A stretch of DNA of 64,000 nt from Veleropilina oligotropha (Eukaryota), in assembly GCA_048128005.1 (NCBI GenBank), contig JBEUKZ010000129.1, forward strand, positions 186,001 through 250,000, read 5' to 3'. The translations under genes and the position numbers were made by a program. Positions 33,764 to 46,259 of the stretch are shown here, one piece after another; the first letter of the stretch is position 1; every line of letters begins with the position of its first letter. The notes under the pieces are model-generated. The model was given only the letters and a program-made list of their open reading frames with translations. It had not been told where the DNA came from and made no database searches.

Positions 33764-34697
33764 CTTGAACTGGCTAAACGAGATTTTTGCCGGTTGTCTT
33801 CAAACGGTGACAGTGATGTCAGTGAGTTGACAAGGTAATTCATGCAAGCCTACAAGCCATCCATTGTCCTTTTGACGAGGACCTTGTTTTGCAAATGCGT
33901 TTTAGTTCAGGCAACAAGAACATTGGCAAAGATGGTGAGTTAAAAAACACTGCAGATATATATATATAGGCCCTATACTATCATACTGGGACCGCTACAA
34001 GAAGTTTTGATGTGCAAAACCTTCATTTGATCAAGATTCATACGTAGTGCGCCAGTGAAGTGATGGCTGGTATATGATTTATTTCTATTTAAAATTTTAA
34101 CATCAAAGTTAAAACAAGCAAATCTGAACAGCTGAAAATATTATACTTTTATTTAATATGGGAGTGGCTATTCACGCGGTGACCGGGCGCGTATAACATC
34201 GCAAATGGCTATTCACCCGATGACCAGTGTGCATTATTAACGGCGTTAACCATTTACGAAAACAAGAATTGTAACTTATTGGCGCATCCTTCCCTATAAG
34301 TCTTGCCTAAATTATATTAATACAAATGAATGCCCGATCAGGGCTTGAAGCCGCGTCATGGGCAAATATATAAGGTATCCAGTCAAAACGTCCCTTTGTC
34401 AAATCGTCCTCGCTTTTATGAGTCAAAACGTCCTCGCTTTGAGAGTCAAAACGTCCTCGCTTATAAAAACGTCATCGTTTTGAGAGAGTCAAAACGTCCT
34501 CGCTTATAAAACATGACGACGCCACGCATAAACTCTGCAAGCAGTTCATGGCCCTTCCGTATCTTCCTGCTGAACACATCCCTATGATATTCGAAAGAAC
34601 CGCATCAAAGGCAACCAACACGGCAATGAACAATCTGGCAAAATATATCGGTGACAACTGGATTGATGGTTCGATTTGGTCCCCAGATACGTGGAGC

Positions 34698-35158
34698 CAC
34701 TCTGCTCGCATAGTCGGCCATTTTATTGGTTATTGACTATGCTCTCGCTGGTCCGCCTACTTCTTTCCCGACTGGAATATCGTCTCTTTGAAATTTTCCA
34801 AACATTAATATGTATTTAATATATCAAATTTAGTTAAAAGTTAATTAAAATAAACTTTTAGAAGCAATATAAAATGTTTGTGCAGTTAATAAATTAGCTA
34901 CGCGGTGAATAAATTGGCTGAATATGGCTACGCGGAACTATTTGCTGTTTAACATCACTGTATTTCATATTTAAAACGTTGTTATTAGCCTACCCTTTTC
35001 TTGAAAACACTTAACCATGTCATTTGCACTTCATTAAATTACAAACTGAAGCGAAATAATATGTATATTAACTATGTGGCGATCCGCCACATAGCGACCA
35101 GCGAGAGCAGAGATATAAGACTGGGGTCGTCGTTTCGTATCTCTTTGCCTGGAGAGTG
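34698..35158. mobile_element. Unclassified MITE inserted in the MULE transposase
   Basis: CACTCT/AGAGTG termini, 9-bp TSD ACGTGGAGC; removal restores the frame. Confidence 0.85.
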
Positions 35159-35400
35159 ACGTGGAGCGTTTTCGGACAAGCAGTGCGCACGAACAATGAT
35201 TGTGAAGGTTGGCACGGAATGTTGAACAGGCACGCAAATAAAGACAACATAACTTTCCACCTCATGATAAGTCTTCTAGAAGAGATGAGCCAAATGGTAA
35301 ATTTGCACGTCCGTTTAGTCGGGGAAAACAAAGTAAAGCGCCGCCAGCGAAAGGCATGCCGCCAGACACAGGGACAGTTGTTCACGATATGGGCCTCTTA

Positions 35401-35984
35401 AGCTAGCATTCCATACACACGGAATGCGTAAACGGCATGCGTGATACGGCATACGGAATACATCAAAATGGCTTAAATATGAAGGAGTGATTCCATACAC
35501 ACGGAAACGGCATGCGTCAGCGTGATGCGTTAAAAAAGAACGCGACATGTAGCGTTTAATTCCGTATCCGGATGGTCTCCGGACTGGGAAAACCTGAATA
35601 TGACGTGTTTCAGGGTCTTCCCCATACATTATCGCGCCGAATTTGACAGCAACAATGCCGAGGTGTGCGATAAGAAAATGCGAAAAAACTAATAGAATTG
35701 GTGCGTGAGCAGATCGAGCATGCATCATGACGCTGATTTGATATAATTATAACACTTGGCGTAGCATTGCCAAGATATTAAAAATTCCCGGAAAGGATGG
35801 TTATTTTATTGTAGCGGATACAGTACTAGTAGTAGTATCCATTTTGGTGTAAATCTGTATATATGTTTGTATGTATGTATGCCAGATAAGGGAATAAACG
35901 CAAGTGCATTCCGTATATATGGAATACTGCAAACGCATGTGTTCGTTTCCGTATAACGCATTCCGTGTGTATGGAATGCTAGCT
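35401..35984. mobile_element. PIF/Harbinger-like MITE inserted in the MULE transposase
   Basis: ~29-bp TIR AGCTAGCATTCCATACACACGGAATGCGT; TTA/TAA flanks. Confidence 0.8.
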
Positions 35985-38035
35985 TAACATCGCTGGTGAC
36001 ATTTCGGCTAGACACCTTCTCCGTCGCTGTTCACACATCGTCGGTCCTAATACAGAATGATTTGTATAATAGTATTATATGTATTCATTAAATGTATATA
36101 TTTGACATATCGGCTACACACTCCGTTGTTGTTTCACATCGTCTCAATTGTATTATATGTAAATAAGTTGTCTGGGCCCGTGGGGATATAGAAACGAGTC
36201 CCGTCCGTCCGTGCAAATGATATTTTCCACAGCATATCTCGTAACATCACAAATTGATTAAGTAGCAGCTGAACTGGTGACATTTGCTAATTTCGACGTT
36301 GTGCAACGACGTTATGCAACGATGTAAATTCGTTTATGTTATATTTTCCAGAGCATATCTCGTAATTCGCTATAGACAACTTTACAAACTTACTGATGTA
36401 AATATTTTGTATATGTATCGTTGATAATTATATTATTTTGTTTGTGTGAGGGTGTAGTGCTTATAATTGTAAATTACCTGTGTAAGCCTTTTTATTTTTA
36501 CTTTCGATTCATTCTATTAAAATTATTATAATATACTTGAAGACTTTTTATTTTATATAATACTATTAGGTTCTGCAAATATGATATCAGTGGTCGTGCT
36601 GCTTCTCCCAAAATAAGTTAAATCTGAAATGATAAAATATTGCGAGGATATATATAGTTACAATTATCGGAAGAGGACGATGTTTTGACCCAAGGACGAT
36701 TTGATAACCTGAGGACGTTTTGACTTTCAAATCGAGGACGATTTGATAACCTGAGGACGTTTTGACTTTCAAATCGAGGACGATTTGATAACCTGAGGAC
36801 GTTTTGACTTTCAAATCGAGGACGTTTTGATCAAACCGAGGACGTTTTGACTCCGAGGACGATTTGACAAAGGGACGTTATGACTGGTATTCATATATAA
36901 GACATGGAGGTTTTAGTAGTTTGCGCATGACACGTGACATATTTGACCAATAAGTGGCGGCGATCCGGTTCTTTAGTTTTAGAAAGTCGGGAACCGGATC
37001 CGGTTCTATAGACACTACCAAATATATAATATTGGCCTATATATATATATTAATAGCATTAATAACGAAAAGTGGAATACACCGGGTGAATAGCCATTTG
37101 CGAAATACGCGCCCGGTCACCGGGTGAATAGCCTCGGCCATTTAATATATGCCTTCTCCATGAATAATGAAAAGCCATGTTCATGATGTTGGTTGATTGC
37201 ATTACATGCTTCACGACAACGAATTTTAAGTATAAAATCGTACGTGGTCAAAACACCATGGGCGGACTTGATTTACCTACACTGTGTACACCGAGGTAAA
37301 TTCTACACCATCAAATCAAGTGGTTTTAGGTGTAAAAACATGGCCGACTTTGGTAATCAAACTGTGGTATATGTTGAAGATTAATTGACGACTGTTCTTG
37401 GATAGCGACAGCCCTGGATGAAAACCGTTCTCAGTTACGAGTGTGTGCATTGTTGAGCTTCTGTGGCCAGTTGCATTACCGGGTCATAACTCCTAGTCAG
37501 GACATATCTACCAGTTTAGTCAGGCTTAAGTATTTACACCCGTTGCACATGTCGGTCGCAGCTTACGCTGGACTAGAGATATGCTAAAAAAGTTAGTCCT
37601 GGGATGGGGTAGGCCTAACTTGATCGTAAGTTGGTATTGGTAAATACTCATAAAAGCGAATAATTTTGCGTGGTCAAAACAATATTTAAAATAATACGTA
37701 TATATGTGAAAATAGTTTTGGCCGCACATGCAAATTTGTATGATTTAACAGTATTATAATATGATTACGTATTTACCAAGAGAGATTCACACTGAACCTG
37801 GCTTCAAACACAATCTTTCATTTCGTAATATTGATTTCCAAAATTGTACACGTTGTAGGTAAATCAAGTCCGCTCTGTGTGTCCGCATATTAGACGATTT
37901 GATAATGGTCGTGTAATGTTCATCCATCCAATCATTGATCAAATTCATGATTTATTTTCTTTAGCGATTTGATGAGAACCCATATGTTCAACGTGATTGA
38001 GGCTCAGAGCAGTTCTCTATTTTGAAATATATTTT

Positions 38036-38349
38036 TCATAGAGTTTTGTCAAACATCGTCTGTATACTATAGCCGCGTGAGCAGCAACATATTCGGAACG
38101 CGATTGCTGCTTGCTGCCTTGACGCGCCGGGGAATCCCCTTTTGAACATGGAATATTGTAGTCCAACAATCGTAAGAATATCATAGAGTTGATCTTTGGA
38201 CATTCTGAAATACTGCATGCTCGAAGATGGTACTTTCCACATTCTCTCCTTCTCTGTTGAGTATTGTGTATCCATACACGTCTTTGTTAAGCATACGCTC
38301 TGCGTGGCACTGCGCTGCTTACGCGCTGCGTTGGTGTGAGGAGGCCTTT
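38036..38349 (-). pseudogene. Harbinger transposase N-terminal relic
   Basis: QYFRMSKDQLYDIL motif; terminus AGGCCTCCTCACACC next to TTA. Confidence 0.55.
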
Positions 38350-38384
38350 AGTCTCTCTGCTTATTTTATTATGGTTCTCAGATC

Positions 38385-40159
38385 TGAAAGTTCACATCGA
38401 TACAGTGCAGAGTTGAAAGTTCACAACCATACAGTGCAGAGTTGAAAGTTCACACCATACAGTGCAGAGTTGAAAGTTCACACCATACAGTGCAGAGTTG
38501 TAAGTTCACATCCATACAGTGCCGAGTTGAAAGTTCACATCCATACAGTGCAGAGTTGAAAGTTCACATCCATACAGTGCAGAGTTGAAAGTTCACATCC
38601 ATACAGTGCAGAGTTGAAAGTTCCCATCCATACAGTGCAAAGGTGAAAGTTCACATCCATACAGTGCATAGTTGAAAGTTCACATCCATACAGTGCAGAG
38701 TTGAAAGTTCACATCCATACAGTGCAGAGTTGAAAGTTCGCATCCATCCAGTACATAGTTGAAAGTTCACATCCATACAGTGTCGAGTTGAAAGTTCACA
38801 TCCATACAGTGCAGAGTTGAAAGTTCACATCCATACAGTGCAGAGTTGAAAGTTCACATCCATACAGTGCCGAGTTGAAAGTTCACACCATACAATGCAG
38901 AGTTGTAAGTTCACATCCATACAGTGCCGAGTTGAAAGTTCACATCCATACAGTGCAGAGTTAAAAGTTCACATCCATACAGTGCAGAGTTGAAAGTTCA
39001 CATCCATACAGTACATAGTTGAAAGATCACATTAATACAGTGCAGAATTGAAAGTTCACATCCATACAGTGCAGAGTTGAAAGTTCACATCCATACAGTG
39101 CAGAGTTGAAAGTTCACATCCATACAGTGCAGAGTTGAAAGTTCACATCCATACAGTGCAGAGTTGAAAGTTCACATCCATACAGTGCAGAGTTGAAAGT
39201 TCACATCCATACAGTGCATAGTTGAAAGTTCACATCCATACAGTCCAGAGTTGAAAGTTCACATCCATACAGTGCAGAGTTGAAAGTTCACATCCATACA
39301 GTACATAGTTGAAAGATCACATTAATACAGTGCAGAATTGAAAGTTCACATCCATACAGTGCAGAGTTGAAAGTTCACATCCATACAGTGCAGAGTTGAA
39401 AGTTCACATCCATACAGTGCAGAGTTGAAAGTTCACATCCATACAGTACATAGTTGAAAGATCACATTAATACAGTGCAGAATTGAAAGTTCACATCCAT
39501 ACAGTGCAGAGTTGAAAGTTCACATCCATACAGTGCAGAGTTGAAAGTTCACATCCATACAGTGCAGAGTTGAAAGTTCACATCCATACAGTACATAGTT
39601 GAAAGATCACATTAATACAGTGCAGAATTGAAAGTTCACATCCATACAGTGCAGAGTTGTAAGTTCACATCCATACAGTGCCGAGTTGAAAGTTCACATC
39701 CATACAGTGCAGAGTTGAAAGTTCACATCCATACAGTACATAGTTGAAAGATCACATTAATACAGTGCAGAATTGAAAGTTCACATCCATACAGTGCAGA
39801 GTTGAAAGTTCACATCCATACAGTGCATAGTTGAAAGTTCACATCCATACAGTCCAGAGTTGAAAGTTCACATCCATACAGTGCAGAGTTGAAAGTTCAC
39901 ATCCATACAGTACATAGTTGAAAGATCACATTAATACAGTGCAGAATTGAAAGTTCACATCCATACAGTGCAGAGTTGAAAGTTCACATCCATACAGTGC
40001 AGAGTTGAAAGTTCACATCCATACAGTACATAGTTGAAAGTTCACATCCATACAGTGCAGAGTTGAAAGTTCACATCCATACAGTGCATAGTTGAAAGTT
40101 CACATCCATACAGTGCATAGTTGAAAGTTCACATCCATACAGTGCATAGTTGAAAGTTC
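38385..40159 (+). repeat. 29-bp minisatellite (AGTTGAAAGTTCACATCCATACAGTGCAG)n, ~60 units
   Basis: Direct tandem array. Confidence 0.97.
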
Positions 40160-40465
40160 TTTATTTACATGTTATGATGTTAATAATAGATTTGCATCAC
40201 TCTGCGACTGTCACTCAAGTAATGGGTGTTAACTAATTACTGTATAGCAATACACATGATTGGGTTCTTGAGACAACCATGAATGCTCATCTTGATGTAT
40301 ATATATATATACATGATAATGATTACGTGTAGTAGACCGTCACTGTACTAGCAAACTTGGATATACTTATAATAAGTAATATATTCCATGTCAGAGTCTT
40401 AACTGTTATGTAGTAGATTACCCGTTAGTGTAGTGGATAAGAGTTTATCAGCGCTCAATTTACTC

Positions 40466-43400
40466 GATTGACTGCTCTGATTAACTGCTCTGATTGACTG
40501 CTCTGATCCTGACTGCTCTGATTGACTGCTCTGATCCTGACTGCTCTGATTAACTGCTCTGATCGACTGCTCTGATTGACTGCTCTGATCCTGACTGCTC
40601 TGATTAACTGCTCTGATTGACTGCTCTGATTGACTGCTCTGATCGACTGCTCTGATCGACTGCTCTGATGGACTGCTCTGATTAACTGCTCTGATTAACT
40701 GCTCTGATTAACTGCTCTGATTAACTGCTCTGATCGACTGCTCTGATCGACTGCTCTGATTGACTGCTCTGATTGACTGCTCTGATCGACTGCTCTGATC
40801 GACTGCTCTGATCGGCTGCTCTGATCGGCTGGTCTGATCCTGACTGCTCTGATTAACTGCTCTGATTGACTGCTCTGATTGACTGCTCTGATCGACTGCT
40901 CTGATCGACTGCTCTGATCGACTGCTCTGATCGACTGCTCTGATCGACTGCTCTGATCGACTGCTCTGATCGACTGCTCTGATCGACTGCTCTGATCGGC
41001 TGCTCTGATCCTGACTGCTCTGATTAACTGCTCTGATTGACTGCTCTGATCCTGACTGCTCTGATTAACTGCTCTGATTAACTGCTCTGATTGACTGCTC
41101 TGATTAACTGCTCTGATTGACTGCTCTGATCCTGACTGCTCTGATCGACTGCTCTGATCGACTGCTCTGATCGACTGCTCTGATTGGCTGCTCTGATGGA
41201 CTGCTCTGATTAACTGCTCTGATCGACTGCTCTGATCGACTGCTCTGATTGACTGCTCTGATTGACTGCTCTGATTGGCTGCTCTGATCGACTGCTCTGA
41301 TTGACTGCTCTGATTGACTGCTCTGATCGACTGCTCTGATTAACTGCTCTGATTGACTGCTCTGATTGACTGCTCTGATCGACTGCTCTGATCGACTGCT
41401 CTGATCGACTGCTCTGATCGACTGCTCTGATTAACTGCTCTGATTAACTGCTCTGATCGACTGCTCTGATCGACTGCTCTGATCGACTGCTCTGATCGAC
41501 TGCTCTGATCGACTGCTCTGAATCACTGCTCTGATCGACTGCTCTGATCGACTGCTCTGATTGACTGCTCTCATTGACTGCTCTCATTGACTGCTCTGAT
41601 TGGCTGCTCTGATTAACTGCTCTGATTAACTGCTCTGATTAACTGCTCTGATCGACTGCTCTGATCGACTGCTCTGATCGACTGCTCTGATCGACTGCTC
41701 TGATTAACTGCTCTGATCGACTGCTCTGATCGACTGCTCTGATCGACTGCTCTGATTGACTGCTCTGATTGACTGCTCTGATTGACTGCTCTGATTAACT
41801 GCTCTGATCGACTGCTCTGATCCTGACAGCTCTGATTAACTGCTCTGATCGACTGCTCTGATCCTGACAGCTCTGATTAACTGCTCTGATCGACTGCTCT
41901 GATCGACTGCTCTGATCGGCTGCTCTGATCCTGACTGCTCTGATTGACTGCTCTGATCGACTGCTCTGATCGACTGCTCTGATCGACTGCTCTGAATCAC
42001 TGCTCTGATCGACTGCTCTGATTGACTGCTCTGATCGACTGCTCTGATTAACTGCTCTGATCGACTGCTCTGATCGACTGCTCTGATCGACTGCTCTGAT
42101 CGACTGCTCTGATCGACTGCTCTGAATCACTGCTCTGATCGACTGCTCTGATCGACTGCTCTGATCGACTGCTCTCATTGACTGCTCTGATCGACTGCTC
42201 TGATTGACTGCTCTGATTGACTGCTCTGATTGACTGCTCTGATTGACTGCTCTGATCGACTGCTCTGATCGACTGCTCTGATCGACTGCTCTGAATCACT
42301 GCTCTGATCGACTGCTCTGATCGACTGCTCTGATTGACTGCTCTCATTGACTGCTCTCATTGACTGCTCTGATTGGCTGCTCTGATTAACTGCTCTGATT
42401 AACTGCTCTGATTAACTGCTCTGATCGACTGCTCTGATCGACTGCTCTGATTAACTGCTCTGATCGACTGCTCTGATCGACTGCTCTGATTGACTGCTCT
42501 GATTGACTGCTCTGATCGACTGCTCTGATTGACTGCTCTGATCGACTGCTCTGATTGACTGCTCTGATTGACTGCTCTGATTGACTGCTCTGACGGACTG
42601 CTCTGATTAACTGCTCTGATTAACTGCTCTGATTAACTGCTCTGATTGGCTGCTCTCATTGACTGCGCTGATCGACTGCTCTGATTGGCTGCTCTGATTG
42701 ACTGCTCTGATTGGCTGCTCTCATTGACTGCTCTGATTGGCTGCTCTCATTGACTGCGCTGATCGACTGCTCTGATCGACTGCTCTGATTGACTGCTCTG
42801 ATCGACTGCTCTGATTGACTGCTCTGATTGACTGCTCTGATCGACTGCTCTGATCGACTGCTCTGATCGACTGCTCTGATGGACTGCTCTGATTAACTGC
42901 TCTGATTGACTGCTCTGATTGACTGCTCTGATTGGCTGCTCTGATCGACTGCTCTGATCGACTGCTCTGATTGGCTGCTCTGATCGACTGCTCTGATCGA
43001 CTGCTCTGATCGACTGCTCTGATTGACTGCTCTGATCGACTGCTCTGATCGACTGCTCTGATGAACTGCTCTGATCGACTGCTCTGATCGACTGCTCTGA
43101 TCGACTGCTCTGATTGACTGCTCTGATTGACTGCTCTGATTAACTGCTCTGATTGACTGCTCTGATCGACTGCTCTGATTGACTGCTCTGATTGACTGCT
43201 CTCATTGACTGCGCTGATTGACTGCTCTGATTGGCTGCTCTGATCGACTGCTCTGATCGACTGCTCTGATTGACTGCTCTGATCGACTGCTCTGATCGAC
43301 TGCTCTGATTAACTGCTCTGATCGACTGCTCTGATCGACTGCTCTGATTGACTGCTCTGATTGACTGCTCTGATTGACTGCTCTGATTGGCTGCTCTGAT

Positions 43401-45655
43401 TGACTGCTCTGATTGACTGCTCTGATCGACTGCTCTGATCGACTGCTCTGATCGACTGCTCTGATCGACTGCTCTGATCGACTGCTCTGATTGACTGCTC
43501 TGATTGACTGCTCTGATCGACTGCTCTGATTGACTGCTCTGATCGACTGCTCTGATTGACTGCTCTGATTGACTGCTCTGATTGACTGCTCTGACGGACT
43601 GCTCTGATTAACTGCTCTGATTAACTGCTCTGATTAACTGCTCTGATTGGCTGCTCTCATTGACTGCGCTGATCGACTGCTCTGATTGGCTGCTCTGATT
43701 GACTGCTCTGATTGGCTGCTCTCATTGACTGCTCTGATTGGCTGCTCTCATTGACTGCGCTGATCGACTGCTCTGATCGACTGCTCTGATTGACTGCTCT
43801 GATCGACTGCTCTGATTGACTGCTCTGATTGACTGCTCTGATCGACTGCTCTGATCGACTGCTCTGATCGACTGCTCTGATGGACTGCTCTGATTAACTG
43901 CTCTGATTGACTGCTCTGATTGACTGCTCTGATTGGCTGCTCTGATCGACTGCTCTGATCGACTGCTCTGATTGGCTGCTCTGATCGACTGCTCTGATCG
44001 ACTGCTCTGATCGACTGCTCTGATTGACTGCTCTGATCGACTGCTCTGATCGACTGCTCTGATGAACTGCTCTGATCGACTGCTCTGATCGACTGCTCTG
44101 ATCGACTGCTCTGATTGACTGCTCTGATTGACTGCTCTGATTAACTGCTCTGATTGACTGCTCTGATCGACTGCTCTGATTGACTGCTCTGATTGACTGC
44201 TCTCATTGACTGCGCTGATTGACTGCTCTGATTGGCTGCTCTGATCGACTGCTCTGATCGACTGCTCTGATTGACTGCTCTGATCGACTGCTCTGATCGA
44301 CTGCTCTGATTAACTGCTCTGATCGACTGCTCTGATCGACTGCTCTGATTGACTGCTCTGATTGACTGCTCTGATTGACTGCTCTGATTGGCTGCTCTGA
44401 TTGACTGCTCTGATTGACTGCTCTGATCGACTGCTCTGATCGACTGCTCTGATCGACTGCTCTGATCGACTGCTCTGATCGACTGCTCTGATCGACTGCT
44501 CTGAATCACTGCTCTGATTGACTGCTCTGATCGACTGCTCTGATCGACTGCTCTGATCGACTGCTCTGATTGGCTGCTCTGATTAACTGCTCTGATTAAC
44601 TGCTCTGATTAACTGCTCTGATCGACTGCTCTGATCGACTGCTCTGATCGACTGCTCTGATTAACTGCTCTGATCGACTGCTCTGATCGACTGCTCTGAT
44701 TGACTGCTCTTATTGACTGCTCTGATTGACTGCTCTGATTGACTGCTCTCATTGACTGCGCTGATTGACTGCTCTGATTGGCTGCTCTCATTGACTGCGC
44801 TGATTGACTGCTCTGATTGGCTGCTCTGATTAACTGCTCTGATTGACTGCTCTGATCGACTGCTCTGATTGACTGCTCTGATCGACTGCTCTGATTGACT
44901 GCTCTGATTGACTGCTCTCATTGACTGCGCTGATTGACTGCTCTGATTGACTGCTCTGATCGACTGCTCTGATTGACTGCGCTGATTGACTGCTCTGATT
45001 GGCTGCTCTCATTGACTGCGCTGATTGACTGCTCTGATTGACTGCTCTGATTGACTGCTCTCATTGACTGCTCTGATTGGCTGCTCTCATTGACTGCGCT
45101 GATTGACTGCTCTGATTGACTGCTCTGATTGACTGCTCTGATTGACTGCTCTGATTGACTGCTCTGATCGACTGCTCTGATCGACTGCTCTGATTGACTG
45201 CTCTGATTGACTGCTCTGATTGACTGCTCTCATTGACTGCGCTGATTGACTGCGCTGATTGACTGCTCTGATTGGCTGCTCTGATTAACTGCTCTGATTG
45301 ACTGCTCTGATTGACTGCTCTGATCGACTGCTCTGATCGACTGCTCTGATTAACTGCTCTGATTAACTGCTCTGATCGACTGCTCTGATCGACTGCTCTG
45401 ATCGACTGCTCTGATCAACTGCTCTGATTGACTGCTCTGATTGACTGCTCTGATTGACTGCTCTGATTGACTGCTCTGATTGACTGCTCTGATTGACAGC
45501 TCTGATTGACTGCTCTGATTGACTGCTCTGATTGACTGCTCTGACGGACTGCTCTGATTAACTGCTCTGATTAACTGCTCTCATTGACTGCGCTGATTGA
45601 CTGCTCTGATTAACTGCTCTGATTAACTGCTCTGATTGACTGCTTTGATTAACTG
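40466..45655 (+). repeat. 13-bp minisatellite (ACTGCTCTGATYR)n, ~400 units
   Basis: Direct tandem array with TCG/TTG/TTA variants. Confidence 0.97.
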
Positions 45656-46259
45656 GAGTTGGTTCGAATCCTCGGCTGGGACCAGGGTATTTCAATAAAA
45701 AATCAAACAATTTTTCATAACTGCCCAGGAGACCATGCAGGCTCTCCTCCCACGTTAATATGGACAGATCCTTATAGATTTATAAATCTGAGGGTATTAT
45801 AATTATATATGACATTGTATATACATCGTTCCAAAACAAATTGAAAATATATTTTATGTTAGTGCGCTTTCACATGTCTGTTGACTTTTAAAGTGTAGGT
45901 AAGACCGTAGTATCATTATATTTATTGAAACAAACACATCGCAATAATTATGGTTGGGATCGGTAAAGAATTGTGGGAGAAGACCTCAGGCAGATGGAAT
46001 AAGCCACATTATAAATGTTTAGCAAAGTACTTGTGCTATTACTAGATCACTCAGTTTGTCATTAGTTCGAGATATTGATTATACATTGAGAGCGGTGATA
46101 GCCAAATGAAAGCCGGCTATCGGCGTGGAATTCACACACTGATTGCATTCTTTGTCGTAGGTTATTGATTTTTTTCATATGTGGCTTTATATTTGAGAGC
46201 ATTATCTATGACTGCAGTATATGATTGGCCGTTTGTCTTTGAATACAGTCAAAATCAAG

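Larger units (their letters stand above)
34375..36892 (+). mobile_element. MULE deletion derivative with transposase C-terminus
   Basis: TIR CCAGTCA.AACGTCCCTTTGTCAAATCGTCCTCG with subterminal repeats; 9-bp TSD ATATATAAG; peptide MALPYLPAEHI...WIDGSIWSPDTWSVFGQAVRTNNDCEGWH. Confidence 0.88.
34160..37139. mobile_element. MULE-like MITE (outer element of a nest)
   Basis: TIR GGCTATTCAC.CGGTGACCGGGCGCGTAT; 9-bp TSD ATTTAATAT at 34151-34159 and 37140-37148. Confidence 0.85.

Noticed and set aside
32905..33834. Coding mitochondrial-leader exon for PCBD
   Set aside because: After removing the MITE there is no in-frame ATG (stop at 32878) and the phase does not fit exon 2.
38385..40159. CRISPR-like array (29-bp repeats)
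   Set aside because: Units are head-to-tail with no unique spacers, there are no cas genes, and the context is eukaryotic.
41795..45012. QSSRSEQSIRAV-repeat ORFs
   Set aside because: These are translations of the 13-bp minisatellite in several frames, with no splice or start context.
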